Shown here piece after piece: positions 12,694 through 24,600 of a stretch of DNA of 64,000 nucleotides. The notes under the pieces are model-generated. The model had not been told where the DNA came from and made no database searches. It was given only the letters and a program-made list of their open reading frames with translations. The stretch is taken from contig NIVC01002294.1 in NCBI GenBank assembly GCA_002269645.1, positions 62,001-126,000 on the forward strand, read 5' to 3'. How positions within the stretch are numbered: the stretch's first letter is position 1; every line of letters starts with the position of its first letter. The translations under genes were made by a program, and so were the position numbers. This DNA is from Macrostomum lignano. Taxonomy: Eukaryota.

Positions 12694-15600
12694 ATGCCGA
12701 AGGCGGTGAAAGCAAAGACAGGGCGGGCCTCAGATCTTGGCCTTGGGAGAGGTGAGCTTGGAGCAGCGCTGGGGCGGAACTTGCTGCCAACCGGCTCCTC
12801 CTATTATCCCATTTCTCTGCTGCTCAGCCAGCCTTCTCCATTCTATAAACAATTGGTCGCCAGAGCTGATGAAGCCAACCGTGAAGCTGGGCATTACCGG
12901 GAGGAAAGCCAAAAACTGCCGTTGGAGTCGCTCGAATAGCGCTGCTCTCATAGTGTCTCATAGTGCCTCATAGTGTCTCACACTGTCTCATAGTGTCTCA
13001 TAGTGCCTCATAGTGTCTCACACTGTCTCATAGTGTCTCATAGTGCCTCATAGTGTCTCACACTGTCTCATAGTGTCTCATAGTGCCTCATAGTGTCTCA
13101 CACTATCTCATAGTGTCTCATAGTGTCTCACACTGTCTCACAGTGTCTCATAGTGTCTCATAGTGCCTCATAGTGTCTCACACCATCTCATAGTGTCTCA
13201 TAGTGTCTCACACTGTCTCACAGTGTCTCATAGTGTCTCATAGTGTGTCTCATAATGTCTCATAGTGTTTCACAGTGTGTCTCATAGTGTCTCACAGTGT
13301 CTCAAACTGTCTCATAGTGTCTCATAGTGTGTCTCATAGTGTCTCATGGTGTGTCTCATAATGTCTCATAGTGTTTCACAGTGTGTCTCATAGTGTCTCA
13401 CAGTGTCTCAAACTGTCTCATAGTGTCTCATAGTGTGTCTCATAGTGTCTCATGGTGTGTCTCACAGTGTCTCATAGTGACTTGACTTAACTTGACTTAG
13501 CTGCAGGGGGCGTCCGGCGGATGCAGCGAGGAGGCGGAGGAGACCGCCCATTCCGCTAGCCCCTGGCGACCAACGACTTCCGTTGAAGTGGTGTCGCTCA
13601 GGGGGACCCGTCGGTCTCGCCTGCAGCGCGGTCCTCCTCACCGACGGTGGGGAAGAAATCAGCTCGTCCGGTGTCCCTGAGGTACCGGGCGAGCAGCGGG
13701 ATGCTCTCGGGCCTGCAAACGTCGGAGAGAACCGGGTTTGGCCCGAGGTGAGTAAGCCTGGCCCTGGTGAAAACCGGGCAGTGGCAGATAAAATGCTCGG
13801 CGTTTTCACTGCCTGAGCGGCAGAAGGGGCACCGCTCCTCGGGTACTTGGCCCTGAAGGAAGCGGTGGCGAGAGAAGCAGCCATGCCCGGAGAGGGCCAT
13901 GCTAACTGCTCTGAGGTCTCTGCGGTTGAGCCTGAGGAGGGCTCTACGCAGGAGAGGAGAGGGACAGGGGACGGCAGCACGGGATTGCCTACAATTCCGG
14001 GTGTCGTGCCACCTGCGGAGATGCTCGGAGTCAGCCCAGCGCTTAACGCGGGAATTGATCACCGAGGCGGGGATGGGGGCACCCGGGCCCGGCCCCAATA
14101 GCGCGCCGGCGAAGCCAGCCTTGGCCAGCAGGTCAGCGCGCTCGTTGCCGAGGAAGCCGGCGTGGCCCGGGATCCATCTGAGCTCCACCTGGTTGCCTAG
14201 CGCAAGCCCGTTGAGCTGGGTGTTGCAGTCCAGGACGGACCTGGAGCTGGCGGTGCTGCGGCAGAGGGCCCGAAGGGCTGCTTGGCTGTCAGAGTGAAAA
14301 ATAAATTTCCGGCCGCTAAGCTGCCTTCGGCGCAGCTCTGCCGCGCAGGAGCTGATGGCAAGCACCTCGCTCTGAAAAACACTGGAGTTGAGCCCAGTGT
14401 GCTGGGAGTAGCTCCACACCACTTCTCCCTTGAAGAAGACGCAAGCTCCGAAGCCTGAAAGACCATGCCTCATAGAGCCGTCAGTGTAACAGTGGACTTC
14501 AGAGTCGCTCCAGCTGTCACTCGCCTCGTGTCGAGGCTGAATGGTGACCTTATACCTTTGGCTCAGGAGAAGGGTGGCTGGGATCGAGTCCGTGAGGATG
14601 TTGAGCCCGCCACACTCCTCGAGAGCCTTGAGGCAGAGGTCAGAGTGCGGGATAAGCGACCGCTTCTTAAAGGCCCGCACTTTCTTGAAGGCCACCCCAG
14701 CATCCAGAAGACGCCGGGTGCTCTTCGCCGCCTCTCCTTTGATATAAATATCCAAAGGAGGGGCGCAGAGGAAGGCATTCATGCCTTCAAAAGGAGTAGA
14801 GGGTGGAGCGCCCATAGTCATGCGGCAGGCTCTGCCCTGGATTTTGTAGAGAGCGTCGAGGTTGCTCTTGACGCTCAGGCCGCTAGCCCACACGAGGCTG
14901 GCGTAACTGATCGAGGGGCGGATGATGGCAGTGTAAATCCACCACAGCTTCCTGGGGGTGAGCCCCCAGGTGGTGCCCACGGCGCGCCTGATCTGAGCCA
15001 GTACAGCCAGGGCTTTTTTGGCTTTAGTTTGAATGTGCGGAGTCCAGTTAAGCCTGTGGTCCAGAGTGAGGCCCAGGCAGCGGACCTGCTTCTCCATGGA
15101 AATATTCTTTCCATAGAGGGTGAGGGGCTTAATGGTCCAGAGCAGTTTGTTGGTAAACATGACTGCTGTGGTTTTCGACTCTGAGAGTCTAAGGCCACAT
15201 TGGTCTGCCCAACGCTCCGCTCGTCCCAGAAAGCCCTGCAGAAGGTCTCTGATGGTATCAACCGAGGGGCCCGCGCATATCGCGGTCACATCATCGGCAT
15301 AGCCCACCTTGAGAATGGGGTCGTGGAGATCACTGCAAAGCAACTCATCCATGACCATGTTCCAGAGAACGGGGGTGAGAACGCCGCCCTGGGGCCCCCT
15401 TTCAGGACAGGCACCGAAAGAGAGCTGCCGCTCAGGTGGGCCACAACAGTGCGGTTTCGGATCATGAACATGATCCACCGGACAAGGTGAGGGTGCGTGG
15501 CCCTGGATTCCAGGGCTCTGCAAAAGGCCTCGAAGATGACGTTGTCGAAGGCCCCCTCAATGTCCAGGAAAAGCGAGAGGGCAAAGCCGCTGCCAAGAAC

Positions 15601-18600
15601 GGCCCTCTCCAGGAAGTCAACAATGACATGGAGAGCACTCTCGGTTGACCTGCCCGCGCGGAAGGCGTGCTGGTTCTGCGAGAGTGGGAAACGCTTCAGC
15701 TCGACCGAAAGTAGGCGCCAAAGCACCAGTCTCTCGAGGAGCTTGAGGCAGAAAGAAGTGAGGCTGATAGGCCTGAAGGCCTTCACCGATTGGTAGTCGC
15801 TCTTTCCAGGCTTGGGGATAAAGACCACCCGGGCCTCTCTCCATGCAACTGGTACATAGCCCAGCTCCATACAAGCTCGAAGGAGACGACAGAGCAGGTC
15901 CAGGAAGCGGTGGTTTTTCACCGCCTCGTGCAAGAACGCTGGGTAGATGCCGTCGGGCCCAGGCGCCTTGAACGGGTTAAAGGACCTTGCCGCTCTAATA
16001 ATGCGGTCTTTGGTGATCATAGACTTTGCTAGGCCTTGCCCTCCCACTGTGTGGTCGGGCGGGCCCTGCTGAGTCGGAGATTTAGGGAAAAAACTGTTGA
16101 GCATGAGCTCTAGAGTCTCTTCCGAACTCTCTGTGACCGAGCCGTCAGGTCTCTTCACAACAGAGAGTTTAGAAAAACGGTCATTAGTGAGTGCCTTAAC
16201 CACGCGGGCTACGGGGCGAGAGCCCTCAAGCCCTTCGCAGTATTGGCGCCACTTGGCCGTCTTGGCCCTTCTGACTTGGCCCTTAAACTCGTGGATCGCA
16301 CGGGTATAGGCCTCTCTGTCAGATGGGTCTTTGGTTTTGAGCGCTCGCCTTTGGAGGGTCCTGGCTCGGCGCCGAAGGGCCCCGAGCTCTGGGTTCCACC
16401 AGGGAGCAGATTTCTTGCCTTTATAGGCCTTTAGGGGGCAGGCTGCTTCAAAGGCAGTGGTGATCGCCCCGCCCAGGGAGGAGGCGAGATCGTCCACCAC
16501 CTGGCAGTCAGAGAGGTCACTGGGGGGGTCAAGATCCCGAAGGCCGCGGCTCAGCTTCGAGCCAAAGGCGGCCCAATCGGTGTTCCTGACGTTCCGACTC
16601 CAAGTGACCTTAGGCTTTTGCTTGGTCGGCCCAATGCAAAAGCGGATAAAGCGGTGGTCCGAGAGCGAGTCCTCGTCCCACACTCGCCAGCCCGTAACTG
16701 CGGAAAGCAGTCCGGGTGAGGCGATGGTGGTGTCGATGACTTCGGCCCACCGCCCATTATTGAACGTTGGTGCATTGCCCACGTTACAGAAGTTGAGGTT
16801 AGTGCTGCTGACATAGGCCAGCAGCTCCTCGCCTCTGCTATTGATGTTCTTGCTGCCCCAATGCAGGTGGTGTGCGTTCACATCCCCTGCAATGAGCAGC
16901 TCGAACCGATGGGACGCAGCATAGTCAGTAAGGTTGACTAACGCGTCGCAGACAACTGGGGCATCGCCCGGGAAATAGGCAGAAGCTACCAGCACAGGTT
17001 TATTGGGAATGAGGTTATTGATTTGAACAACACAGATGTCCCCAGTCGAGAGATCAGGTCTCATCCATGCCTCAAAAGCTTTTGCAGCAAAGACCAGAGA
17101 TCTTGGGCGAGGCTGAGAGCCCGCCATGCAAAAACAGTGGTAGCCAGATGGCACATTATTTGGCTTACCTTTAGTCATCCAGGGCTCCTGTACGAAGACC
17201 AGGCCCGGAAGCTGTTGCTCTGCCGTGCGCATCAGGTTGACCGACGCCGCCACGCAGTGCTGGGTGTTGATCTGCAGACACCAGGTAGTCGCTGGCATCA
17301 TTGCAGATCGGATGTTGCAGCCGCCAGGAGTTCCTCCTCCTCCTCGGCGCTCACCGGCTTCGGGTCGGGGTCGCCGGTGTCCATGGGCTCTTCTTCAGCA
17401 AAAGGCCCCCGATTGGCCGGAAGGCAGTAGGCAGCGTTCGCCGCCCTTTGCCCACCATCCATGGGGTCCTCCGCCTCAGATTGGCCCAATGCCCTGGAGC
17501 AGCCAGCCGCCTGGGCAGGCGGGTCCGTCTCCAGTCGGCCCTGCCCCGAGGGGTTGGGCCCAGCTGGGACGTCCCCACCCTCCCTGGACGAACTGGTGCG
17601 CCTAGGCGTCCCGGCGACCTCTCGCCTCAGCTGGGAGATTTTGGCGGTACGGACTGCCTCAGCTGCACGCTGGTACAGGCCGCGCCGCTTGGTGCTGCGC
17701 GCCGGGCGTCGGTCGCCTCCGCCCTCAGCAGCGCGCTCAGCTTTGCCCGCGCGGCCGTGCTGCCGGGCAGGGCGGTTTGCTTTGGCACTCTGAGCAGAGG
17801 CTTGCGCCTCGGCCCCGGCCGCCTCCGCATCCCGCCCGCTCTGCTCACTGCCACGGGGAGGGTCGGCCTCGTAGGAGCGGATGCGCAGCTTCCAAAGGCC
17901 GACGTTGATGAAGCTGCCGTGTGGATAACGCCTCATCCAGGCGTCCGACAGCCCCAGGATGGCTGTGAAGCCAGTGCCGTCGGTGCGCTTAAGGGTGTCA
18001 TGCACCACTAGGCCCGCGGCGGGAAGCTCCCGGTTGACTGCTAGCAGTCCTTTCCGGAGCTCGTCAGCAGAGGTAACAACGCTCCTGGCCGGGACCCAGA
18101 TTCGATGCCTCTTGGTCCGGGGGCGCTCGTCCTCTCTGCAGAAGGCTAGGTTGAGGTCCCAGCTCTGCTCGGGCAGCAGCTCAAGGAGCCGCCGACCCGA
18201 GTCAGCATCACTGGGCCAAATGAGAAGGCACGAGTCCCTCGTCGCATTCGAATGAATGTTCAGAGGCGTGCCCTTCAGAGTTTGCTTCCACAGGAGGCCA
18301 TCAACGGCACTTCTCACCTGCTTCAGCTGATCGGGAGACAGGCGCGCGTCCTTTCCCAGGATGACAACCGCCGGTTGCCTCTTTGCCGCATCAGCGTAGG
18401 AGGCCCGGGGGTCAGTGGAGCTTTCTTCAGGTGGGCTGTCCACCCTCCCGGCTGCATCGGCCTCCCTATCCTGGGCAGGGGCTTCCGTGGGCTCGAGGCC
18501 CTCTTCCGCCACCGCCCCAGACTGGGAAGCTTCCGCTGCCGCGGGCCGTTGGCCCCTGGCACCGGTTTGGCTTCCGCCCTCCTTGGCCCGCCTCGCCTTG

Positions 18601-21600
18601 TTAAGTCGACGGCGGGCAGCTCCAGAGGTGGTGCTGCGTTTCTTAGCAGCTGGAGTAGCAGGTGTCTTCTCGGAGGCACCGCTCAGAGTTGGCTCCACGG
18701 GTCTCGCCGAGGCGTCCCCGATGGTAGCAGGTGGTATGGCCGAGGAGTCCACGGCCCCAGCCGAGGCCGGAGGCACTGTGTCATCCACAGCCGGTTTGTT
18801 ACTTCGGTTAGAAGCCATTGGCTGGAAGTAAAAAGGTGGGACTTCCTGCAGAACACAGGCAAAGAGCCGCAAGGCCGCAACCCCAAACCAAGCGGCAGGC
18901 CCCCAAAAAGCAAAATACCACCCTGCGGGGGGACCCAAAAGCGCAAGGGGAACCGTTAGCGACCAGACTACTCCCTGGCCAAGCGTCCATCAGCACGGAG
19001 TTACACTGGGACATTAGAGGGTGCGTTTATGGTCACACCAGGACCCGGCGCCAACGAATCAGCTCGGCAGGGCCCAAGGGGGCCTGCCTTAACACCCACG
19101 GGACGAGTACCCTTCGAAGTGCGCCTTGCAAGGTGAAAATCAGGAGACAGAGTCTTCTTGACTTAGCTGCAGGGTGGTCCGTAGACACAGCGGGGAGGCG
19201 AGGGTCGCCCATTCCGCTAGCCCCTGAAGGCCCGCAGACAGGCAGAGGCGTGGGGCCGGTCAGGGTGGTCCGCCGGTCCGTCCTGCAGCGTGATCTTCCG
19301 TTGGGAAGAAACTGGCTCGTCTAGTCGCCCGAAGGAACTGGATGAGCCGTGGGATGCTGTCGGGCTGGCAAACCTCGTCAATGGACGGGTTCGGCCCGAG
19401 GTAGCGTAGCCGGTCTCTGTTAAAGAAAGGGCAGTGACAGACAAAGTGCTGAGCATCTTCATTGTCGCACTCGCAAAAGGGGCAAATTTCGCTCTCGAGG
19501 TCGCCTCGGAGGAAGCAGTGCCTGGCGAGGTAGCCATGGCCGGTAAGGGTCATGACAAGGGCTCGAATATCCTTCCGATTCTGGTTCAGAAGGATGTTTC
19601 TGAGCCTGTGAGACGGGCAAGGAACCGCGGCACGAGATTGCCGGCAGTTTTGGGTGCCCGCCCATCTGTCCCTGTGGAGGGAGTCAGCCCAGTCGTCGAT
19701 CTGACGATTGATGACTGTCAAGGGCATAGGGACCAGGGGGGCAGGGCCGAAAAAAGAGCCAGAGCCGCCCCTCTTGGCGAGGGTGTCTGCCAGCTCGTTC
19801 CCCGGAAACCCTGCGTGCCCTGGGATCCACTTCAGCCTGACAGTATTGCTTCTGGCCAGGAGGTTGAGCTGCCGGGCGCAGTCGGCGACTGTCCGGGAGT
19901 TCGTTGTGGTGTGGCAAAGGGCCTGTAAGGCCGCTTGGCTGTCGGAGTGGATGACAATAGTCTTTCCTCTCGTAACCTTGGCGTTTAGCTCTGCAGCGCA
20001 AGAGCTGATGGCAAGGACTTCGTTCTGGAAGACTGTGGAGAGTCTACCAGTGTGCTGGGCATGCGTGGCAATTACGCGGCCGTTGATGATGATGCAGACC
20101 CCAAAGCCGGCGCGACCGTCTTTGATGGATCCGTCCGTGTAGCAATGGACCTCCTGGAAATTCCAGTGGTCATTGGCAGCATCCCTAGAGGGGATGGTGA
20201 CCTTGTAGCGCTGAAAGAGGTTGAGAGTGCGGGGTTCGCCGTCAGATAGGACGTGGAGCCCGCCGCTGTCTCTCAAGTCCTTGAGGCAGAGGTCAGCGTG
20301 GGGCAGAAGCTTGCGCTTAGCCATGGCCCTATGGGGCTGGATTCGAATGCCAGCGTCAGCTAGACGGCGGGCAGTCTTAGCCGCTTCCCTGCGGACAAAG
20401 ATGTCCAGCGGAGGAATGTTGAGGAAGGCGTTGAGGCCATCGTAAGGAGCAGACGGAGGGGCGCTCATGATCGTGCGACAAGCGCGCCCTTGCGCTCTCC
20501 TGAGAGCCTCTAGACAGGTCTTTATCTGCAGGGCGCTAGCCCAGATCAGGCCGCCATACGAGATAGCGGGCCTAACCATTGCAGTGTAGATCCACCAGAG
20601 GCGCTTGGGGGTGAGCCCCCAGGTGGTGCCGACGGCCCTGCGCAATTGCGCGAGGACTGCGAAGGCCTTTTTGGCTTTTGTTTGAACGTGGGGAGACCAG
20701 TTCAGCCTGTGGTCCAGGGTAATACCCAGACATTTAGTCTGCTTGCAGAAGGGGATTTCCCTTCCGTAAAGCGTGAGCGGCCGAATCTGCCACTTGGTCC
20801 TGCTGGTGAACATGATCGCTGCGGTCTTAGTCTCAGAGAGCCTTAAACCACAGCGGTCCGCCCATTGCTCAGCAGCGTAGATGAAGTTCTGAAGAAGGTC
20901 CCTGAGGGTATCAGGGGACGGACCAGATGCCACCGCGGTGACATCGTCCGCATATCCAACTTTCAGAATGGGGTCAGGCCGAACATCCCGGAGGAGCTCA
21001 TCGATGACCATATTCCAGAGAACTGGAGACAGCACCCCACCTTGCGGGCTACCTTTGCAGACGGGGACCGTCCTCTGGTAGCCCAGCAGACTGGCGGTGG
21101 CCGTGCGATGGCTGATCATGTACATGATCCATCTGGTGAGATGTGAGTGCGTTAGCCTCTCACAAAGAGCTCTTCGGAACGCCTCAAAGAGGACGTTATC
21201 GAAGGCGCCAATGATGTCCAGGAAGATCCCCAGAGCAAAGCCACTACCAAGCACGGCCTTCTCGAGTTTATCGACCAGGACGTGCAGCGCGCTTTCAGTG
21301 GAGCGACCCGCCCGAAAAGCGTGCTGGTTCTCGCTGAGAGGTTTGTTCTTCAGCTCAACAGAGAGAAGGCGCCAAAGCACCAGTCTCTCCATCAGCTTGA
21401 CCAGGGAGGAGGTCAAGCTGATCGGTCTGAAGGATTTGATAGAATGGTAGTCCGGGCGGCCTGGCTTAGGGATAAAGATCACCTTTGCCTCGGTCCATGC
21501 CTGCGGGACATAACCAAGCGTGATGCATGCCCGAAGAAGGCTGCAAAGTTTGCGCAGGAAGCCTGGGCATTTAACCGCCTCTCTTAGAAGGGCCGGTACA

Positions 21601-24600
21601 ATGCCGTCGGGTCCTGGGGCTTTGAAAGGCTTGAAGGAATTTGCCGCTCTCACAATGCGGTCCTCCGTGATGATAGATGCAGCCAGCGCGTGACCTCCCT
21701 CCGAGTGATCCGGAGTGGTCTGGTTAGCTGGCTCGTTAGGGAAAAACGCAGTGAGCATTACATCAAGCGTTTCCCCTGGGTTGTCCGTGGACGTACCGTC
21801 GGTGCGTTTGACCGAGGAGAGCTTAGACATTTTGTCCAGCGTGAGCGCTTTCACAACTCTGGAGGTGGGGCGTGAGCCCTCTAGCTCCTCACAGTATTGT
21901 CGCCATTTTTGAGCCTTTGCATTCCTAACCTGCCTTTTAAACTCATGAATTGCTTCATGATAGGCGGTTTGGTCTGCAGGGCTCTTAGTTTTAGTTGCTC
22001 TGCGGTGGAGTCTCTTAGCCCTGCGACGGAGGTTGCCGAGCTCGGGATTCCACCACGGCGCCGATTTTTTCCCTTTATAGGCTTTTAAAGGGCAGGACGC
22101 CTCAAAGGCGGCGGTTAGCGTCTCTGTCAAAACAGTCGCGCACTCATCCGCCTCTCGGCACGACGTGATCGTGAATGGTTGGCCAGGAGACCGATGGAAT
22201 TCCTTCAGGGCGAGCCCGAAGGTTTCCCAATCAGTATTTCTGGCGTTCCGTCTCCACATAACACGAGTTGCGCTACGCGCGGCCATTAGGTTGAAGGAGA
22301 TGAACTTGTGATCCGATAGTGAGGACACTGGAAGCACCCGCCACGCCCCAATACTCTGGTAGAGTCTGGGCGTTGCGAGCGTAGCGTCGATCACCTCCGA
22401 CCACCGTCCGTTGTCAAAGGTAGGGGTGGACCCAGAGTTGCAGAACTCGAGGGTCGTAGAGGCAACGTAGGCTAGGAGGTCTTCGCCTCTCTGATTAATG
22501 CCAGTGCTGCCCCAGTGAGTGTGGTGGGCGTTGATGTCGCCGGCAACCATGAGCTCGTAGTTTTTGGCAGAGCAGAGCTCTACCAGCGTAGCGAGGGCTC
22601 TGGGGACGACCGCAGCATCGCCTGGTAGGTAAACCGAGGCAATGAGGGTGGTCTTCCCAGGAAGAAGGTCCTCGGATTGGATGACGCAGATGTCCCTGTT
22701 GGACAGGTCCGATCTGAGCCACGCACTGAGCGTTTTGCTCGCAAAGATGCAAGCTCTGGGAGGCTGGTTGGCCTCGCGAGGGTAAGTATAAAAACAATTG
22801 TAGCCAGCAGGGGCGTTTTGAGGCTTACCTCTGAGAGTCCAGGGTTCCTGGACGAGGATGAGCCCCGGCTTGTCGAGCTCGGCGTAACGCATAAGGTTGA
22901 CCGAGGCTGCGACGCAGTGCTGCAGATTAATCTGCAGGCAATGGATTCCCTGGTTGCTGATCATTATCACGCAGTTGGGGAATCGTTGAGCAGGTCATCC
23001 TCCTCCTTTTCAGTGGTGGGTGACCCGCAGACCTCCATGGGAGTTTCAGCGTCCTCAGCAGTTAGGGTGGCTGTGGAGTCCTCCGCGGACGTGAGCCCAG
23101 CGTGGACGTTACCGTCGCCTCTCCTGCGTGCTTCGGTGCTGTCACTGCCCGTCCCCTCTGCCTCGTCGGTCAGGTCGATGCGGGTGGCGCCAGCCTCCTG
23201 GTGAGTCACAGACTCGAACCAGTCGGTCGGAGCCTCCCCGCTTAGAGTCTGGCCTTCTGGCTGTTGGGGTGGAGCGCGAGAAGCGCGGGCCCGCTCACGA
23301 TGCGCACGAAGGTTCTTGGCCTGGTCCAGCGCGCGCTGGATCAGGCCGGACCTCCGGGTGCTCCTGGCGGGTCTGCGATTGCGATTTCCGGTTTCAGCAG
23401 CGCGAACTGCCTTACCGGGCATAGGATCGGCCGTTTGCCTCGGCTTCTTTGCCGGAGGAGCCTGGGCCCCAGTTCCGGTTTCGGAAGCTTTGGCATTCTT
23501 GGCTTCATCAGCTTTCCGCTCCTCGCAACGGAGGATGGTCAGCTGAGTCAGACCAATATGAATTGTGGACTTAGGCGGCAAGCGCTTAGCCCAGTCATCA
23601 GAGAGCCCTAGGATCACCGTAGCCCCCTTCTCCTTGCGGGAAGTGGCGTGGTGTAGGAGCCCGTTGACCTTAAGGTCGGGGTGCAGCTTTAGCAATATTT
23701 GCCTAAGCTGATCTCCGGACTTAATGGCACTGCCGGCCGGGATCCAGACGCGAAAGCGCTGGGTCTTCTGTCGTTCGCCCTCGCTGGCGAAGACGAGCTT
23801 GCCGAGCTTCTTGGGCCAGTTCAGCTTTGGCAGAAGCTCGCGTAGATTGCGGCTGCTCTCCTCCGAGCTGCACCAGATGAAGATGCAGCCGTCGGTCTTG
23901 GCAGACTTGACCACGCTCACAGGGCGGCCCGCCAGGAGCTGGTCGATGAGCGCAGCATCGATGGTGCGCCAGGCACTGTCGAGCTCGTCGGCCGTGAGGT
24001 CCTGCTCTTCCCCGAAGACGATGACCGCCGGTTGGAGCTTGACCTTTGAGGCGTAGTTGGTGGCGGCGGTTCCCGAAGGCCCGGCCGCGCTTGTAGCAGG
24101 TATACTGGGTGGCTCACCAGCGGGGGTTGTATCCTGGGGGGCAGGGGTTGCTGTGGTTCCTTTCGGCCCAACAGCAGCCTCGCCCTCCCTAGGTTCCCCT
24201 TCCGCCGGTGGCCGGCCCGCAGTACCCCGTAGTCGCCGTCGCCGCTCGTTGCGGCGTTGGTTGCGGGTGCGTCGGGCTTCAGCGGAGGGCCCGGTTGCGC
24301 GTGCGGGCATGTCACCAGCCGAGCCGGCGGCAAGCCCATCTGCCCCCGGTGGGGCGGCGCTGGTGCCAGAGTCACCGGCCGGAGTTGCCGGGGCCCCGGC
24401 TTCAGCGGGGGTTAAAGAGGCGGATGACGCCATAGCTGAAAGCGGGAAGGAGTGAGCTGAGTCACAAAAGAAAGAGGAAAGAAGAAAAAGAAAAGGACCG
24501 CTAGCGACCGGACAACCCCCCGGCCTTCCAGCCCATCGGCACGGTCAAACACCTTAGGCATTAGGGGGTACGTTAAGCAGTACCACGGCCTGCAGGCTGG

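Larger units (their letters stand above)
13478..19156 (-). mobile_element. Non-LTR retrotransposon, element 1 (R1/LOA-like; ORF1 + APE-RT-RNase H-CCHC), ORF2 frameshifted
   Basis: Two ORFs, a ~340-nt 5' region, and a 3' UTR ending CTAAGTCAAGTTAAGTCAAGTCA joined to the satellite. Confidence 0.92.

Noticed and set aside
13460-13480. Defined target-site duplication for the element pair
   Set aside because: Both flanks are the same tandem repeat, so a TSD cannot be delimited.
18945-19046. Twister or hammerhead ribozyme assignment for the second conserved UTR block
   Set aside because: It has no CUGANGA/GAAA core and the twister pseudoknot pairings could not be completed, so it is kept only as an unassigned structure.
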